A stretch of 64,000 nt of DNA from NCBI RefSeq assembly GCF_018977255.1, contig NW_024704742.1:33482001-33546000 (forward strand), given 5' to 3'. Under the pieces are notes generated by a model. It was not told where the DNA came from. It worked only from the letters and a program-made list of their open reading frames with translations, and ran no database searches. This DNA is from Callorhinchus milii. Taxonomy: Eukaryota. Within the stretch, counting starts at the first letter, position 1, and every line of letters begins with the position of its first letter. The position numbers and the translations under genes were made by a program. Positions 37,630 through 50,030 of this stretch are shown one piece after another.

Positions 37630-38360
37630 CTAAGCCAGTCCAAAACCTCGTCTTGTTTGACTCTCAACTATCCTTTCTACCCACATCCATACCATGATCT
37701 GCTCTGCTTTCCCCCACCTCCGCAATATTGCCCGGCTTTGCCACTGTCTCACAACGCAGGCCATCAAAACCCTCATACATGCATTCATAACATCCAGGCT
37801 TGACTATGCAAACTCCTTGCTTGTAGCCTCCCCAATTCCTCCCTCCATAGCTGCAGATCATCCAGAACGTTGCAACCCATGTCCTCTGCCGTATCAGGCT
37901 TTGTGACCCTATCACCCACATCCTCACCTGACTTCACTGGCTTCCCATCACACAGAGGATACAGTTCAGGATCCTGGTCCTCACCTCAAAAGCCCTCAAT
38001 GGTCTTGCTCCCCCCTATCTCTGCAACCACCTAACAGCCCTACCAACCTGCCCGCTACCTCCGCTCAGCGGGCTCCAGCCTGCTTCACGTCCCCCGTGTT
38101 GTCTGCCCCACCATTAGCGGGCGGGCTTGCTGCCACTCTGCCCCCACCCTCTGGAACTTCATCCCACAGGCCCTCTGCCTCGCCCCCTCCCTAGCCTCAT
38201 TCAAGGCCCATCTCAAGACCCTCTTCGTCGACCGTGCCTTCGATCACCTTCGTTCCCCCCCTGCCCTCCACCCTCCCCATTCCTGACCCCCAGCTCGGGT
38301 CCAAAACACTGATCGTCCCACTGATTGGGATATCCTCATATGTAATTTGTTTTTGTTGTA
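37630..38360 (+). mobile_element. L2 subfamily A 3' fragment
   Basis: LIHAFITSRLDYANSLL motif; 3' UTR homologous to 28400-28700. Confidence 0.9.
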
Positions 38361-38975
38361 ACGAGGGTGTAACATTAATTAAACCTCCCCTTCCACAAAC
38401 GTCAGGATGTGGAGCACACGTGGCCACAATAACCGCACTAACCCAACATCCACACCCTTCCCGCGGGAGTGAGCTTGCACGCTTGCACACACACACACAC
38501 ACACGTTATATACTATATTGCAAATCCTTTAAAACTCTTTAAGACATCCTTCCAATGTGAAAGGCACTTTATAAAATGCAACTTTTATTATAATAGATAA
38601 TAACTCTTGCATTTGATATAGCGCCTTATCACGTCTTTGAGATGTGTCAACTTTTCACCCTGACCCGAAAAAAAACCCCTAATATCCAGTTAACTGCTGG
38701 AGAATTCCTCCACTGGTTAAGAAACGCTTCAATTACTGTGTGGTCAGGATGCCTGGCTGTCACCTCTGGGTAAGTGTAGCTGCTTGACAGTACGAAGGCC
38801 CATAGGGGCACCAAACCAGCAGTGCTACGAAAACAATTCTCACAGAAAAACTTGAAACATTGGGCTGGAATCTGCTCCTTTTTTTTTGTATAAATTCTTC
38901 AGAAAGAAACTGAGTCGCACACACAGAGAAATCAGGACCGTGCCACAATGACTTGTGGAAACTCTGCTTGTAACT

Positions 38976-38976
<1 letters not shown>

Positions 38977-39015
<39 letters not shown>

Positions 39016-39019
39016 TGTG
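38977..39019. repeat. (TG)n microsatellite (shorter CA/TA tracts at ~38486-38504, ~46674-46704, ~61253-61282)
   Basis: Directly visible. Confidence 0.95.
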
Positions 39020-39579
39020 GCCCCCATTGAATTACCAGGTAAGTCCAGGTAAATAAATAATTATGGTTATTATTATTATATTAAATAGAAAGTACAAGGC
39101 TATAATCCTATCTTGGAGTTCAGGTGATGCTTATATCTTCTTCTGGCTTTGCTTTTGCACTTGACATCTTCTCAACTTCTTAAAAAGATCAGGGTCTCAC
39201 ATTCAGTGTTTGAAACTACCTGCTATATTTCTACATTAATTGCATCATTTTGTCAAAATGCCAAAAGCATTCAATGACAAATTAGCGACAGGTGGTGGGT
39301 AGTTCAACCAAAATCAGACACCATCTTCAAAATGAGACACGTTGAAAAGGTTCGAGCCAGTTTCAAGGCACCCTGTGTAGAACCAGCTGCTTTAAAGTGA
39401 CTAGTTTTTTGATCAGGCTGTGGATGTGCTGCTGCAGACTTGCAGACACAGGTGTCATTATGATAATTTGGAGCGCTTCACCCCTCTGGTGATTTAAATA
39501 ATGGCTATCACAGCTATCTTCCATACCCTCCCAACACCCACACATACAAAAACACATGCAAAACCACAGACACACACCC

Positions 39580-40035
39580 GCGCGCACACTATGGACGAGT
39601 GTTTCGGCTGAGTCTGGGGTGAGGTATGGTCAGAGGTGGGCAATGTGGTGGAGGTGTAGAAAGGCGGTCCTGATAAGGGATTGGATGTGGGGAAGGAACG
39701 ACAGCTGTGGGTTGAACCTGACTCCAAGCTTCCGCACTGGTTCAGTAAGTCTGTGGGATAGGCCGGGGAGGTTGACGAGATCAAAGCCGCAGGACAGAAG
39801 AGGTTGAGGGGAGCCAATAAGTATGGCTTCCGTCTCGTCGACATTTAATTGTAGGAAGTTTTCGCTCATCCAGGCCCTGATGTCCGCCAGACAAGCTGAG
39901 AGAACATCGGTGGACCTGGAGTCGCAGCTGGAGGAGAAGTAGATTTGTGTGTCATCCGCATACATGTGGAAGTTTACCCCAGGTCTGCGGATGACATCGC
40001 CAAGAGGGAGCATATAGATGAGGAAGAGTAGGGGG
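39580..40035 (-). mobile_element. L2 subfamily B internal RT fragment
   Basis: ORF 39630-40013 [10 protein letters not shown]...[11 protein letters not shown]. Confidence 0.88.
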
Positions 40036-40939
40036 AGTGAGGGTGGGGGCTATAGTATATCTGCTGTACTATATTGTAAAGGGCACAATCTTCACATTAA
40101 AAAAAATTGCCAAATATTAATTTTGTTTTATCTATGATACTCAATACCTATCACACAAAACAATGACTTAAAATCACACAGAAACGCATCATTTGCCACA
40201 AGCATGTGGTGTCTTGTCACAGTGAGAACAGCTTTTCCTGCTGTTTAACAGATCGTGGTCATTAAGACAGTGGCCCTTTCAAGAACAGTGCTCAGCACAA
40301 CATTCCAGTCTAGAGCCTGGACCTGGCTTGGTACCAAGCCAGCACCTCGGCACAGCGTCTTTCGCAGTACAAGGCCAGCATCTTGCAATAAAAACTGAAA
40401 GCATTTTATTTATTTTTTTAAAAAATGCCCTTCAGACATCACTTGAAAGAGAGACAGGTTAAAGTTCAGTGTGACTTTTCATCAGGACTTCATCCAACAG
40501 ATTTTAACAAGTAATTCACCACCAGGGCCACATTTATCATTGTGCGCCGGGTTATTCTCTACCAATTGCTACATTTATTCAATATGTCGTTTTGCTCTAA
40601 AAAGGGGTATTTTAATGAATCACTAGATTAAGTTAATCCAAAATTATTACAAATGACATTTCCTTACATTTATTTTTAAGTGGGTGTTGATAAATTTGCT
40701 ACACTCTGCAGAAGCAGTAATAATGTTATATTCGATAGGTATATTATGGGGTGAAACAATGCAATGTGAGATGTTACTCTACACATGAAAGACACAAAAT
40801 ACAATACACATTTATAGAGCACCTTTCCCAACCGGGGATGGGGGGAATGTCTCAAAGTGCTTTACACTGATCGCTGGACCCTCAATCTAAGGAGGTGGGT
40901 AAAAATCAAGCTGTTATTGATTTTATAAGGGATAACAAT

Positions 40940-41120
40940 AATAATAATAATAATAATGTCACTCAATCCACGACTTGGGACACTGCAGTATGCAATTGGC
41001 TGCCGCGTTTCACCTACAAAAATACAGTCAATTCACTTTACAGTATATTCTGTGAAGCACTTTGAGATGTCTCGAAGATATGATAAGGCGCTATATCAAA
41101 TGCAAGGAGTATTATTATTA
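40940..41120 (+). mobile_element. Family A SINE 3' half (similar 3' fragments at ~50490-50695 +, ~54085-54265 +, ~56645-56800 -)
   Basis: TCACTCAATCCACGAC...CAGTCAATTCACTTTACAGTATATTCTGTGAAGC...AAATGCAAGG tail. Confidence 0.8.
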
Positions 41121-42038
41121 CAAATATCTATCACAGTACAGGTCATATCGCCCCAGTAATCCTTCCTTTCTGGCTCCTTCTTGTGACCCATGGGACCTGC
41201 AAGCTTCCAGCAGACACTTCGCCCACATCAAATAAATTCAAGACAGTAAATCTTGGATGCAGCTGCAGAGCTGCCTGATGCGGGAAGCCCTGAGCTTCAA
41301 TGCCGTGAACAATTCACTTATTTTCTTACCAACTTTGCCATGCCTGGAATCCACCACTAGGGTGAGCAAGGGGGCAGAATAAGGCAAATTATTTACATCT
41401 CGGCCAAACTCAATTGTTACAAAATTGCAATGCAAATGCATTTTCACGGCAGTGGAACTGGAAATCTATCTCACTGCCCAGAACGTTGAGTTGGCAAGGA
41501 TGAACAGTAAGAAACTATGCCATTTAAAAAGGTATACAGTTAATACAGTAAAAGCAACGATCGCAGTAAATCCTGTGAAACACTCTGGAGACGTCCTCCC
41601 AACATGAAAGGCTATACCAAATGCAAGAATTTATGTTCAGGGTGAATCTTGCAATGACATTATACAGAGTAGTAATAATTCACACTGGAGTTAATTATCA
41701 AACGCTGCCAACATTTTGTTAGCTTTTCCAATGAATTTTCTTCTCTTTAGCTTACGGCTCTCTGCTTTTGGTCCCAGCATCCTCATGCAATTCCACAGTC
41801 CGCCCGAGCGGCTCTTATACATTTGTGAGCCTTGAGAATGAGCTTCCGCAGCCAACTTGACTGTAGAGGTTTGCCTGACCTCTCTTCACCCAACTGCCGC
41901 TGCGTACACTTCCAGTAGAGGGTGGTGCAGGCGGATCAGCAGCAGGACACTGAGCTGATTTTGCCCTCTCCCTGGTATGGTCGGGACCAATTTAACCTCC
42001 TCATACAGCCTCATCTGAAGCCAGCCAACTCATGACTG

Positions 42039-42743
42039 GTGGAGTCCTGTAGCTCAGTGGTCAGAGCACTCGCTTCACAAGCAAATAGGACCTGGATTTG
42101 ATTCCCGGCAGGGCGAAACAATGAGCAAGTTTCCTTACTCTATATGTCTCTGTTTACCCAGCAGCAATAAAGTAATAATAATAATCCTTGCATTTGATAT
42201 AGCGTTTTTCACGTCGGGAGGACGTCCCAAAGCGCTTCACAGAACACACTGTAAAGTGAATTGACTGTATATTTGTGGGCAAACGCGCAGCCAATTGCGC
42301 ACAGCAATGTCCCACAAACAGTCGTAGATTGAAAATGACCAATTTATTGTTGTTTTATTTTGAAGGGATTATTATTAGGCTCTGTGTGGAGTAAGGAAAC
42401 TTGCCCAAGGTTTCGCCCTCTGCCTGGAATTGAACTCAGGTCTCTCACTTGCAAAGCGAGTGCTCTAACCACTGAGCTACAGGACTCCACAAGTAGGAAC
42501 CTGGCTGTTAGTCGACTCGCGATTGCTTTTCTGGGGGTAATAATTCCTCTAAAAAAATAATAAATAATAAAAATAATTTGGTCATTCTATCCACAACTGT
42601 TTGTGGGACACAGCTGTGTGCAATTGGCTGCCGCATTTCGCCCACAGGATATACAGTTAATTCACTTTACAGTATATTCTGTGAAGCGTTTTGAGACGTC
42701 TTGAAGACATGATAAGGCACTATATCAAATGTAACGATTATTA
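42039..42743 (+). mobile_element. Family A SINE (long form), interrupted by an inverted young copy
   Basis: Head at 42039-42170; body resumes at 42491 (AAGTAGGAACC) and ends in the tail at ~42743. Confidence 0.9.
42175..42490 (-). mobile_element. Family A SINE (short, young form) nested in the opposite orientation
   Basis: Near-identical to 2292-2617; flanked by AAGTA at 42170-42174 and 42491-42495 (probable TSD). Confidence 0.9.
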
Positions 42744-43449
42744 TCACAAAGTGGGATTCCAACTAGCGAGCTTCTGATCTGTAAGCTGCAGCTCTATCCA
42801 CTACACTATTTGGGGTTGTCTCCAATATTGCAAAGCTTACCCCAACTCCAAATTCAGCATCAAATGACTAAGAGGGATAATAATATGATTCTTTCTCCTG
42901 AGCAGAACCAAGAATAAAAAAAACGTAACTTGCCAAACAAATATGGTTTCCAAATATATTAACACAGTACAGAATTATGGTAGCGAGCAGGTCAGAAATA
43001 TTATCTATTAGCAACGTGGTTCACATAAATCAGCCAAATGTTTCTTAATGGTACAAATCATAGTTAATAGAATGCATTAACTCTGGCATCAATATCAAAT
43101 AAATTGATTTAAATGGCTTTACATAGGAGTGAATTCAATTTGAATTTTGCAAACAACACTCTACTGCATAAAAATTCAGTTTTGCAGTCTGTTGCTTCAT
43201 AATTCACAATCTACCTTGTAGCAATAATTAGCAAACTCAGCCGTATAACTGAGACAAAGTGGAACACAAAGTTTGCACGCTTCAATTCCTTATTGAAAAT
43301 ATTACTGTAGCACGTAGTTGAAGTTATTAGAATCAAGTTGAGCTACATTGTTATCTCTGGGTCTCTAACACGGAGAGGAGCAATACAATGTAGCAATACA
43401 ATATTGCACCTTTCACATCAGTAGGACATCCCAAGGAAGAAATCAGCCA

Positions 43450-45010
43450 CTACAAAGCCCAACGCCTACTGCCTAGACCTCACCCAGTTGCTGGTCACCC
43501 AACTCCTCTTCCTCTCCCCACTGCTTGGCTGACACAGTCATCCGGTCGCTCTCTTCAGGTTCTGTTCCTCTCTCCCTTAAAATCGCTGTCATCACTGCCC
43601 TCCTCAAAAAAAAACACCCTTGAGCCCTCCAACCTCAAAAATTACTAACCCATTTCCAATCTGCCCTTCCTTGCCAAAGCTCTGGAATGCTAACCAGCTT
43701 TGCTCTCAATTCTCCCTCCATTCTCCTCCTCAGGCCCCTCCATTCTGGTTTCCGTCCTGCCCATAGCGCAGAGACAGCGTTTGTCAAGGTCACAAACAAC
43801 GTCTCCTCTCCTGTGTCTCTCTCCTCTCCCTCTGCCTCCTCGTACTCCTGGACCTTTCCACCGCGTTCAATGCAGTTGACCACGCAATCCTCATCCACCA
43901 CCTCTCAGCCCTCATCCACCTCAGTGGAACCACACTGCTTGGTTCGAGTCCTACCTAACAAACCGCCTTCACTTTATCTTTTCAAACGGTTTCTCCTCTC
44001 ACCCCCACCCAGTCACCCGCAGGGTACCCCAGGGCTCCATCATTGGCCCCCTCCTTCTCCTCATCTATACGCTCCCTCTTGGCGATGTCATCCGCAGACC
44101 TGAGGTAAACGTCCACATGTATGCGGATGACACACAAATCTACTTCTTCTCCAGCTGCGATTCCCGTCGACGTTCTCCCGACTTGTCTGGAGGACATCAG
44201 CACCTGGATGAGCGAAAACATCCTACAACTCAATGTTGACAGACGGAATCCATACTCATTGGCTCCCATCAAGAACTTCTATCTGCTCTGACCTCCTCAA
44301 CCTCCCGGCCTATTCCTCGGACTTACCAAACAAGTGCGCAACCGAGGCGACAGGTTTGACCCACAGCTGTCCTTCCTTCCCCACATCTGGTCCCTGACCA
44401 GGACCACCTTCCTCTGCCTCCGCCACATTGCCCGCCTCCGACAGTACCTTACCCATAACACAGCCGAAAAGCTCGTCTGTGCGTTCGTCACCTCCCAACT
44501 CGACTTCTCAAATGCCCTCTTTGCCGGTCTCCCCAGATTCACCAGGCGCAGGATCCAGCTGATCCAAAAATACTGCCATCCACATACTCACCCATACTAA
44601 GCTCCTTGCCCCATCACACCAGTTCTAGCCAGGCTCCACTGGCTCCCTATCTCCGAACGGATTGATTTCAAGATCCTCACACTTGTTTTTAAATCTCTTC
44701 ATGCACTGGCACCTCTCTACCTATTACTCCTAACCACCCAACCCACAGCCTCATGCTTTCTGCATCTTTCTCGTGCCCTCGGTTCCACCATCCGCTTTCA
44801 GCTACTGCAACCCGAAACTCTGGAACACTCTTCCTCTATCCCTCCTCCTTGCCCCTTCCTTCCCCATTTTCAGGTCGCACCTGAAGACCTTCCTATTTGA
44901 CGGATGGTCAGCTCCCCCTCCCCCCGTCTTGGCGTAGTGCTTCACCACTACCAAGCTCTGGGATGCTACCCCGTGTAAAGGGCGCTATATAAATGCAAGT
45001 TGTTTTTGTT
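43450..45010 (+). mobile_element. 5'-truncated degenerate L2 subfamily B LINE
   Basis: SGFRPAHSAETA, MYADDTQ and AFVTSQLDFSNAL motifs across frameshifts; tail GGGCGCTATATAAATGCAAGTTGTT. Confidence 0.9.
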
Positions 45011-45674
45011 AAGGACATGTCAGTCTGCAAACTGCCAGCAACCTGTAGAGTGTGAGCCACAGTGCTTTACCGTGACAAAAATCAATTTATATTTTCCTCC
45101 AAACATTATTTTTTCTGGTACTCAGGAAATAATTAGAACAATTCAATAGCAAGCCTGCCTTTATATATCTTGAGTTTCTTTTCTGAGACTAATTTTGCAT
45201 TTAAAAACTGGTGTGTGTGAATGTCAGGGGATCCTGGGTTGGGGCTCTGCTGTACTGCTCTTCAAGGTTGCCTGCTGACATTTAGCATCCAGGCTTCACA
45301 CTTGGCAGGCAGCCAGAGTCTGTGAAACCATACCCCAGCATGAGTCACTGACTTCAGTAGCAGAGGGGGGAGTACTGCAGAGGAAAATAGCACAAAAGAT
45401 TGGATTTGTAGATCAAATGAAGCAAACTACCTTGAGCAAAATGAATTCATTTTACTCTGTCCATCAGTGGGAAAATATACACTCTTTTTATGTTAGAAGA
45501 TGATCAGCGGGATAGTGGGGAAAGCAAGCCTGCATAGTGGGTGTTTTAAACATCTTCAAATAAAAAGCATTCACTCATTTTACAAGGTTTGATTAATAAA
45601 TAGCTCAAATATCTTTGGTGATATTTATTTGAAATACATATTTTTCACATATGCCAAAACAATGAAGGCACAGT

Positions 45675-45890
45675 TCGTCAAATGAACACTGAATAGTGAC
45701 AGTGACACAAGATTGAACAGTGACACAGGCATTCGATAGTGTCACAGTGGTACAAGTGTTCAGTGGTGACTGACATACGCATTCAACAGTAACATAATTA
45801 CCCAATACTGACACAAACATTCAATTGTGATTTAGTGACACAAGGGAAAAAGTGGTGGCATAATCACACAAGAATCCAATACTGACATAG
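45675..45890 (+). repeat. Degenerate ~18-bp minisatellite
   Basis: Repeated CAGTGACACAAGCATTCAA-like units. Confidence 0.6.
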
Positions 45891-45910
45891 TAGTGCTACG
45901 TTTCAGAGCA

Positions 45911-46462
45911 ATAATAATCCTTGTATTTGGTATTGTGCCTTTCAAGTCAGGAGGACATCCCAAAGTGCTTCACAAGATGTAATTTAAGCGCAATATCTAT
46001 GTGTTTTGTGGGCAAACGTAGCAGCCAACTTACACCCTGCAAAGTCCCACAAACAGCCATGAAGTGAGAGATTTTATTGGGGGATTGTTGGGCAGGACAC
46101 TAGGAGAAACTCCCTTCCTTCTCTTTTCGAATAGTGCCATGGGATCTTCAACATCCACCTGAACAGGCAGACGGGGCGGGGCCTTCGTTCAACATTTCAT
46201 CCGCAGGACGGCACCTCCACCAACCCTGCATTGGAGTGTCAGCTTAGACAAAATGAGCCCCAAGTCGTGATGTGGGACTTGAACCGTCAACTCTGACTAA
46301 AAGGCAAGAGTGCAACAGAGTTTCACCCACAAAATATCCAGTCAATCCACTTTACAATATATTCTGTGAAGCGCTTTTGAGACGGCTTAATAACGTGAAT
46401 TGACAAGGCTCTATATCAAATACAAGGATTATTATGTTATTATTACTGAGCCAAGCTGACTA
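45911..46462 (-). mobile_element. Family B SINE with an opposite-strand family A 3' fragment (~46318-46443) inserted in its head
   Basis: Head sequence GGCAAGAGTGCAAC...ACTGAGCCAAGCTGAC is split by a + strand tail. Confidence 0.75.
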
Positions 46463-47261
46463 CACAATGATGGAGGTATACAGGTTCAATCTGTCAAGTC
46501 ACCAAGTTCCGGATCGGATCGCTGCTATGGGGAGCCAGTCCACAAAGGTTAGACACCCTCTATCAGGGGTGTTGGACCCTGGTTCTGTATTTTAGTTATA
46601 AAATTCTAACTGCTCACATTTTTTAAATCTGCGTTTTTGTGCAGGGTAAAGCCTAAGCATGTTGTCATCTCCTACACACACACTAACACACACACACACA
46701 CACAGAAATCCTCCTTATTTTTTGGCAGAAGGTAAACAGCTGCTTCCGAGCAGTGGAAAAAACTGCTGCTGCGCACTGGAAAATGCCAACCATTTTATTC
46801 ACCAAGTCTTAAAGCATCGATCTTTCATCTGACCCCTCTGCAGCCTTCCTTTGATTCAATAAAATGCTCAGAAATGAATCACTGGGGCACCAACCTCAGA
46901 ATAAATACATCCTTTGTGCCATTTGCCCGGAAGGGAGCAACAGTTCAACAGACAAACACAATACTATTAGAGTCCAGTATAAAATCCATTAAAAAAAAAT
47001 GAAACATGAGGGTTCGCTCTTCCTGTTCCTTCACCCCGCACAACACTAAATGAGTCAAGCAACCAGTTTTTTCCAACCACTGTTGCAAGTTTGGAGGCAG
47101 AAAGCATTTGCAAAACTTGGACTGACGTTTGTGGCATTTCATAAAGCGTTAACTATTCAAAGGAACGCATTATTAAATGCCCCAAACATCACAACTTTTG
47201 TTCATTCCATATCATGCCGCAGTAAAATCTAAAGCCATTAATGTCTGACAATTTAAAATAG

Positions 47262-47465
47262 TGGACCGGGTGCAACAATAGACATCGTCCTTTCACCTCT
47301 AGGCCCAGCTTTCAAATCCAACCCAGATGAAGAAGCTACTGACCACTGTGAGAGCAATTTTACATCAATTGAATTTGAAGCATTCATAACTGAAAAAGCA
47401 CAAAACCACTCAGAATTCGGCGCAACTTGACACTGAGTTAGCAGAGAGGCCACAAAGGGTAGCCA
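47262..47465 (+). mobile_element. LF-SINE-like ancient SINE relic
   Basis: CCTTTCACCTCTAGG...TTCAAATCCAACCCAGATG and AGCAGAGAGGCCA resemble the LF-SINE consensus as recalled; not searched. Confidence 0.45.
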
Positions 47466-49654
47466 GTGTTGGGAACGCAAATAAAAATAAACATCCAATT
47501 CCATGGTGGAGGCTGCGTTACCGAATTTAGGATTCAGGTGGATTAATAAATCTCTGAAAAAGACATTTCAGTTGAACATGATCCAAGTCCAAACTGAGTG
47601 TCCGTGATATCTGCTTTGTTTTTCTCCTTTCCCGCCTTAAATGAAGGTGCCCTCTCATGCCAGGTTGCACAGACAATGGGTATCCTAATTCTCCAGTACT
47701 TTGCATTCCCAGGAAGCCATAATTCTAATGTTCACCTGCACCCCTGGTGTAAGATATCCCTTTTAATAACCAATGGCAATTAATAAAGAGCCAATAAGAA
47801 GAAGACAGGGTGTACAAAAGGACACTGGGAGTGGGACCAAGGGTTATGGGTTTATGGTAGGAGTATTGTAATTTGAGAACAAAGAAATTATTCAATACAC
47901 CAGTGTTGTGGATTGTGAAACATTAGACCTGGGAGACTCCAATTTGTGATATTCGCAAATGTGTTTGTAAACAGTGGGTCCTTCAGCTAACCCAGATGCA
48001 TTGCATAACTCAGGCCGACCCTCTAGAACTATGCTTGGACGCTGATCTCGGTTTGGATTTCTGTAAAGATGGATTACATTCAAAGAGACTCCTGGCAGAA
48101 GATCAAAGACTGAATCGAGTGCCAGGAGGTTAGGCTGAATCACATCCAGGTGCATGAGGGATCCACAATTTCCCAAAAAATAAATTTTCTTCACAAATCA
48201 GTGGGCTGCTCCATATCCCACCTGATCCTAGATGTAGCATTAGGACCTTACAATTGCAATTGCAGAGCCTGAGCCAGTCAGCTGATAACTGACAAGGTTT
48301 AGTATCATATTCCAGTAAAATATAGGGGCCCCAAATCGAACCTTTGCATAGGGCCCTCACAAGGCAACCACGACCCTTGCCTGATCCAGCCCATTGGTGA
48401 GTCAGTTTTGAGCCATCCTGCCCCCATTCTCTATAAATCTCTCTACCTCAACCCCTCCCTCTGCCTCACCCCCTCGTTCCCCAGTTTTAAAGCTTGTCTT
48501 TATAAATGTAAATTTGTTTTTGTTGTGGACCGAGCTGCTATAAGCAGCTACTATGGTCTTATTTTTAATTAGCTATTATAGTCACGTTCTTATCATCTGG
48601 TAGGAATTAAATGGGTTTAGTCTGCCTTCGTGTTGAAGTCAAATGCGCTGTGGGTGGGTGTAGTTGTAGACTAATTACAAACCTAGAATCAGACGATAAT
48701 ATTCAGCAATGCACAGTGGGCGTGCTAAACACTCGCCTAGCTGATTCTCAGCTGTCAGCAGGTCACATGAGTCAAACGCTTCCTGATCTTGGAATGAGGA
48801 ATTTGCTGAACACACACATGTCAGGTTTCCCCCTCACCCTCCCACAGAAGATAGGAAAGAGTTAAAAATTGAACACAATGTAAATTAGAAAGGTCTTAAA
48901 TAATTGGACACAGTTCTGTCATCATCATGTTACATTTCGTCAACAGCATAGGCTGGCGTTAGGTCTAAGATTATGAGAAATTTGCCTCCAAAATGGTATT
49001 TTAATAGGCACTACAATTTACAGTACATCCTGTGAAGCACTTTGAGACATGCTCCCCACGTGAGAGGTGCTATATAAAATACAAGGATTGTTATTTAAAG
49101 AGGCATGAAACATTTCAAATATTCAGTTGGAATTCAATGCATTCTGGATTTCCTCTAGAGCTGAGTGTAAAATGCTTATTGAGGCACTAATAAAATGAAC
49201 ATTGGGAAACTGGTAGTTTTGGCCCCAACCGTTGTGACAGAGACTGTGGCAGAGACAGAGTGGGGGTGGGGAGGAGGGGGGGGTGGTGCGGGGGTGAAAC
49301 CCACAGACAGAAATCATCAAGGCAGAATGTTTTATGGTGTGATAAATATCACCATGCCTCTTCACCTCATTGTCCTTAGGAACAAAAGAATTGAATAGAT
49401 ACTTGGGAAGCGAGGGTATTAAGGGATGTGGGGAAAGGGTTAAAAAAAATCTCCTGGGATCTAATAAATTGGCAAAGAAAGTTGCCAAGCTGAATAAGCT
49501 CTTCCTGTTCCTAACGTTCTACCCACTATGCACTGATATTAGTGGAAATGGGTTAAGAAATATACAAGAGGTATTGAGTGATGGTTTGTGATGTAGGTGC
49601 ATCCTTTCCTTTTACTTTGTCATGTACAGCAAAATACAGGGACACAATTCTAAA

Positions 49655-50030
49655 CCCCAGAGTATATGTTGAGGTACTGGTGAAGTTCAACCAGCTTAAA
49701 CCTGCACCTTTGAATGCACTCCCTGCCTGGCAAGCTTGCTGTCGTTTGTCCAGCTAAGACCACCCTATCCATTAGGGTTTTGTCTTGCATGGTCAACAGA
49801 AGAATCCCGGACCCCAATGACCGATCTGCTTCTCCAAGTCCTTCCAATAAATCAGGCTGGCTTGTCTGTAATCCACAGTGTCCTGGTGTACTGTGGACCC
49901 ACCTAACCCTGGAACGGGACTCCTAAGTGTGCCACAGAGGATTGACTTGATTCCTACATTTGGTTGCCGAGCACATCACCTTGGAGCCAACTCACCTACA
50001 AAGAGACCCCGCTTAACTCCCTGCTTCCTT
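49655..50030 (+). other. Degenerate coding-derived repeat, fragment 3
   Basis: RVYVEVLVKFNQLK...VCPAKTTLSIRVLSCMVNR; DNA aligns by eye with the reverse complement of ~4125-4460. Confidence 0.65.

Noticed and set aside
39033..39052. Plus-strand CAG|GTAAGT as a second recursive site
   Set aside because: No pyrimidine tract or branch point upstream; it follows a TG microsatellite.
45675..45890. CRISPR-like or coding repeat array
   Set aside because: Units are degenerate and contiguous without unique spacers, in a eukaryotic context; an ordinary minisatellite.
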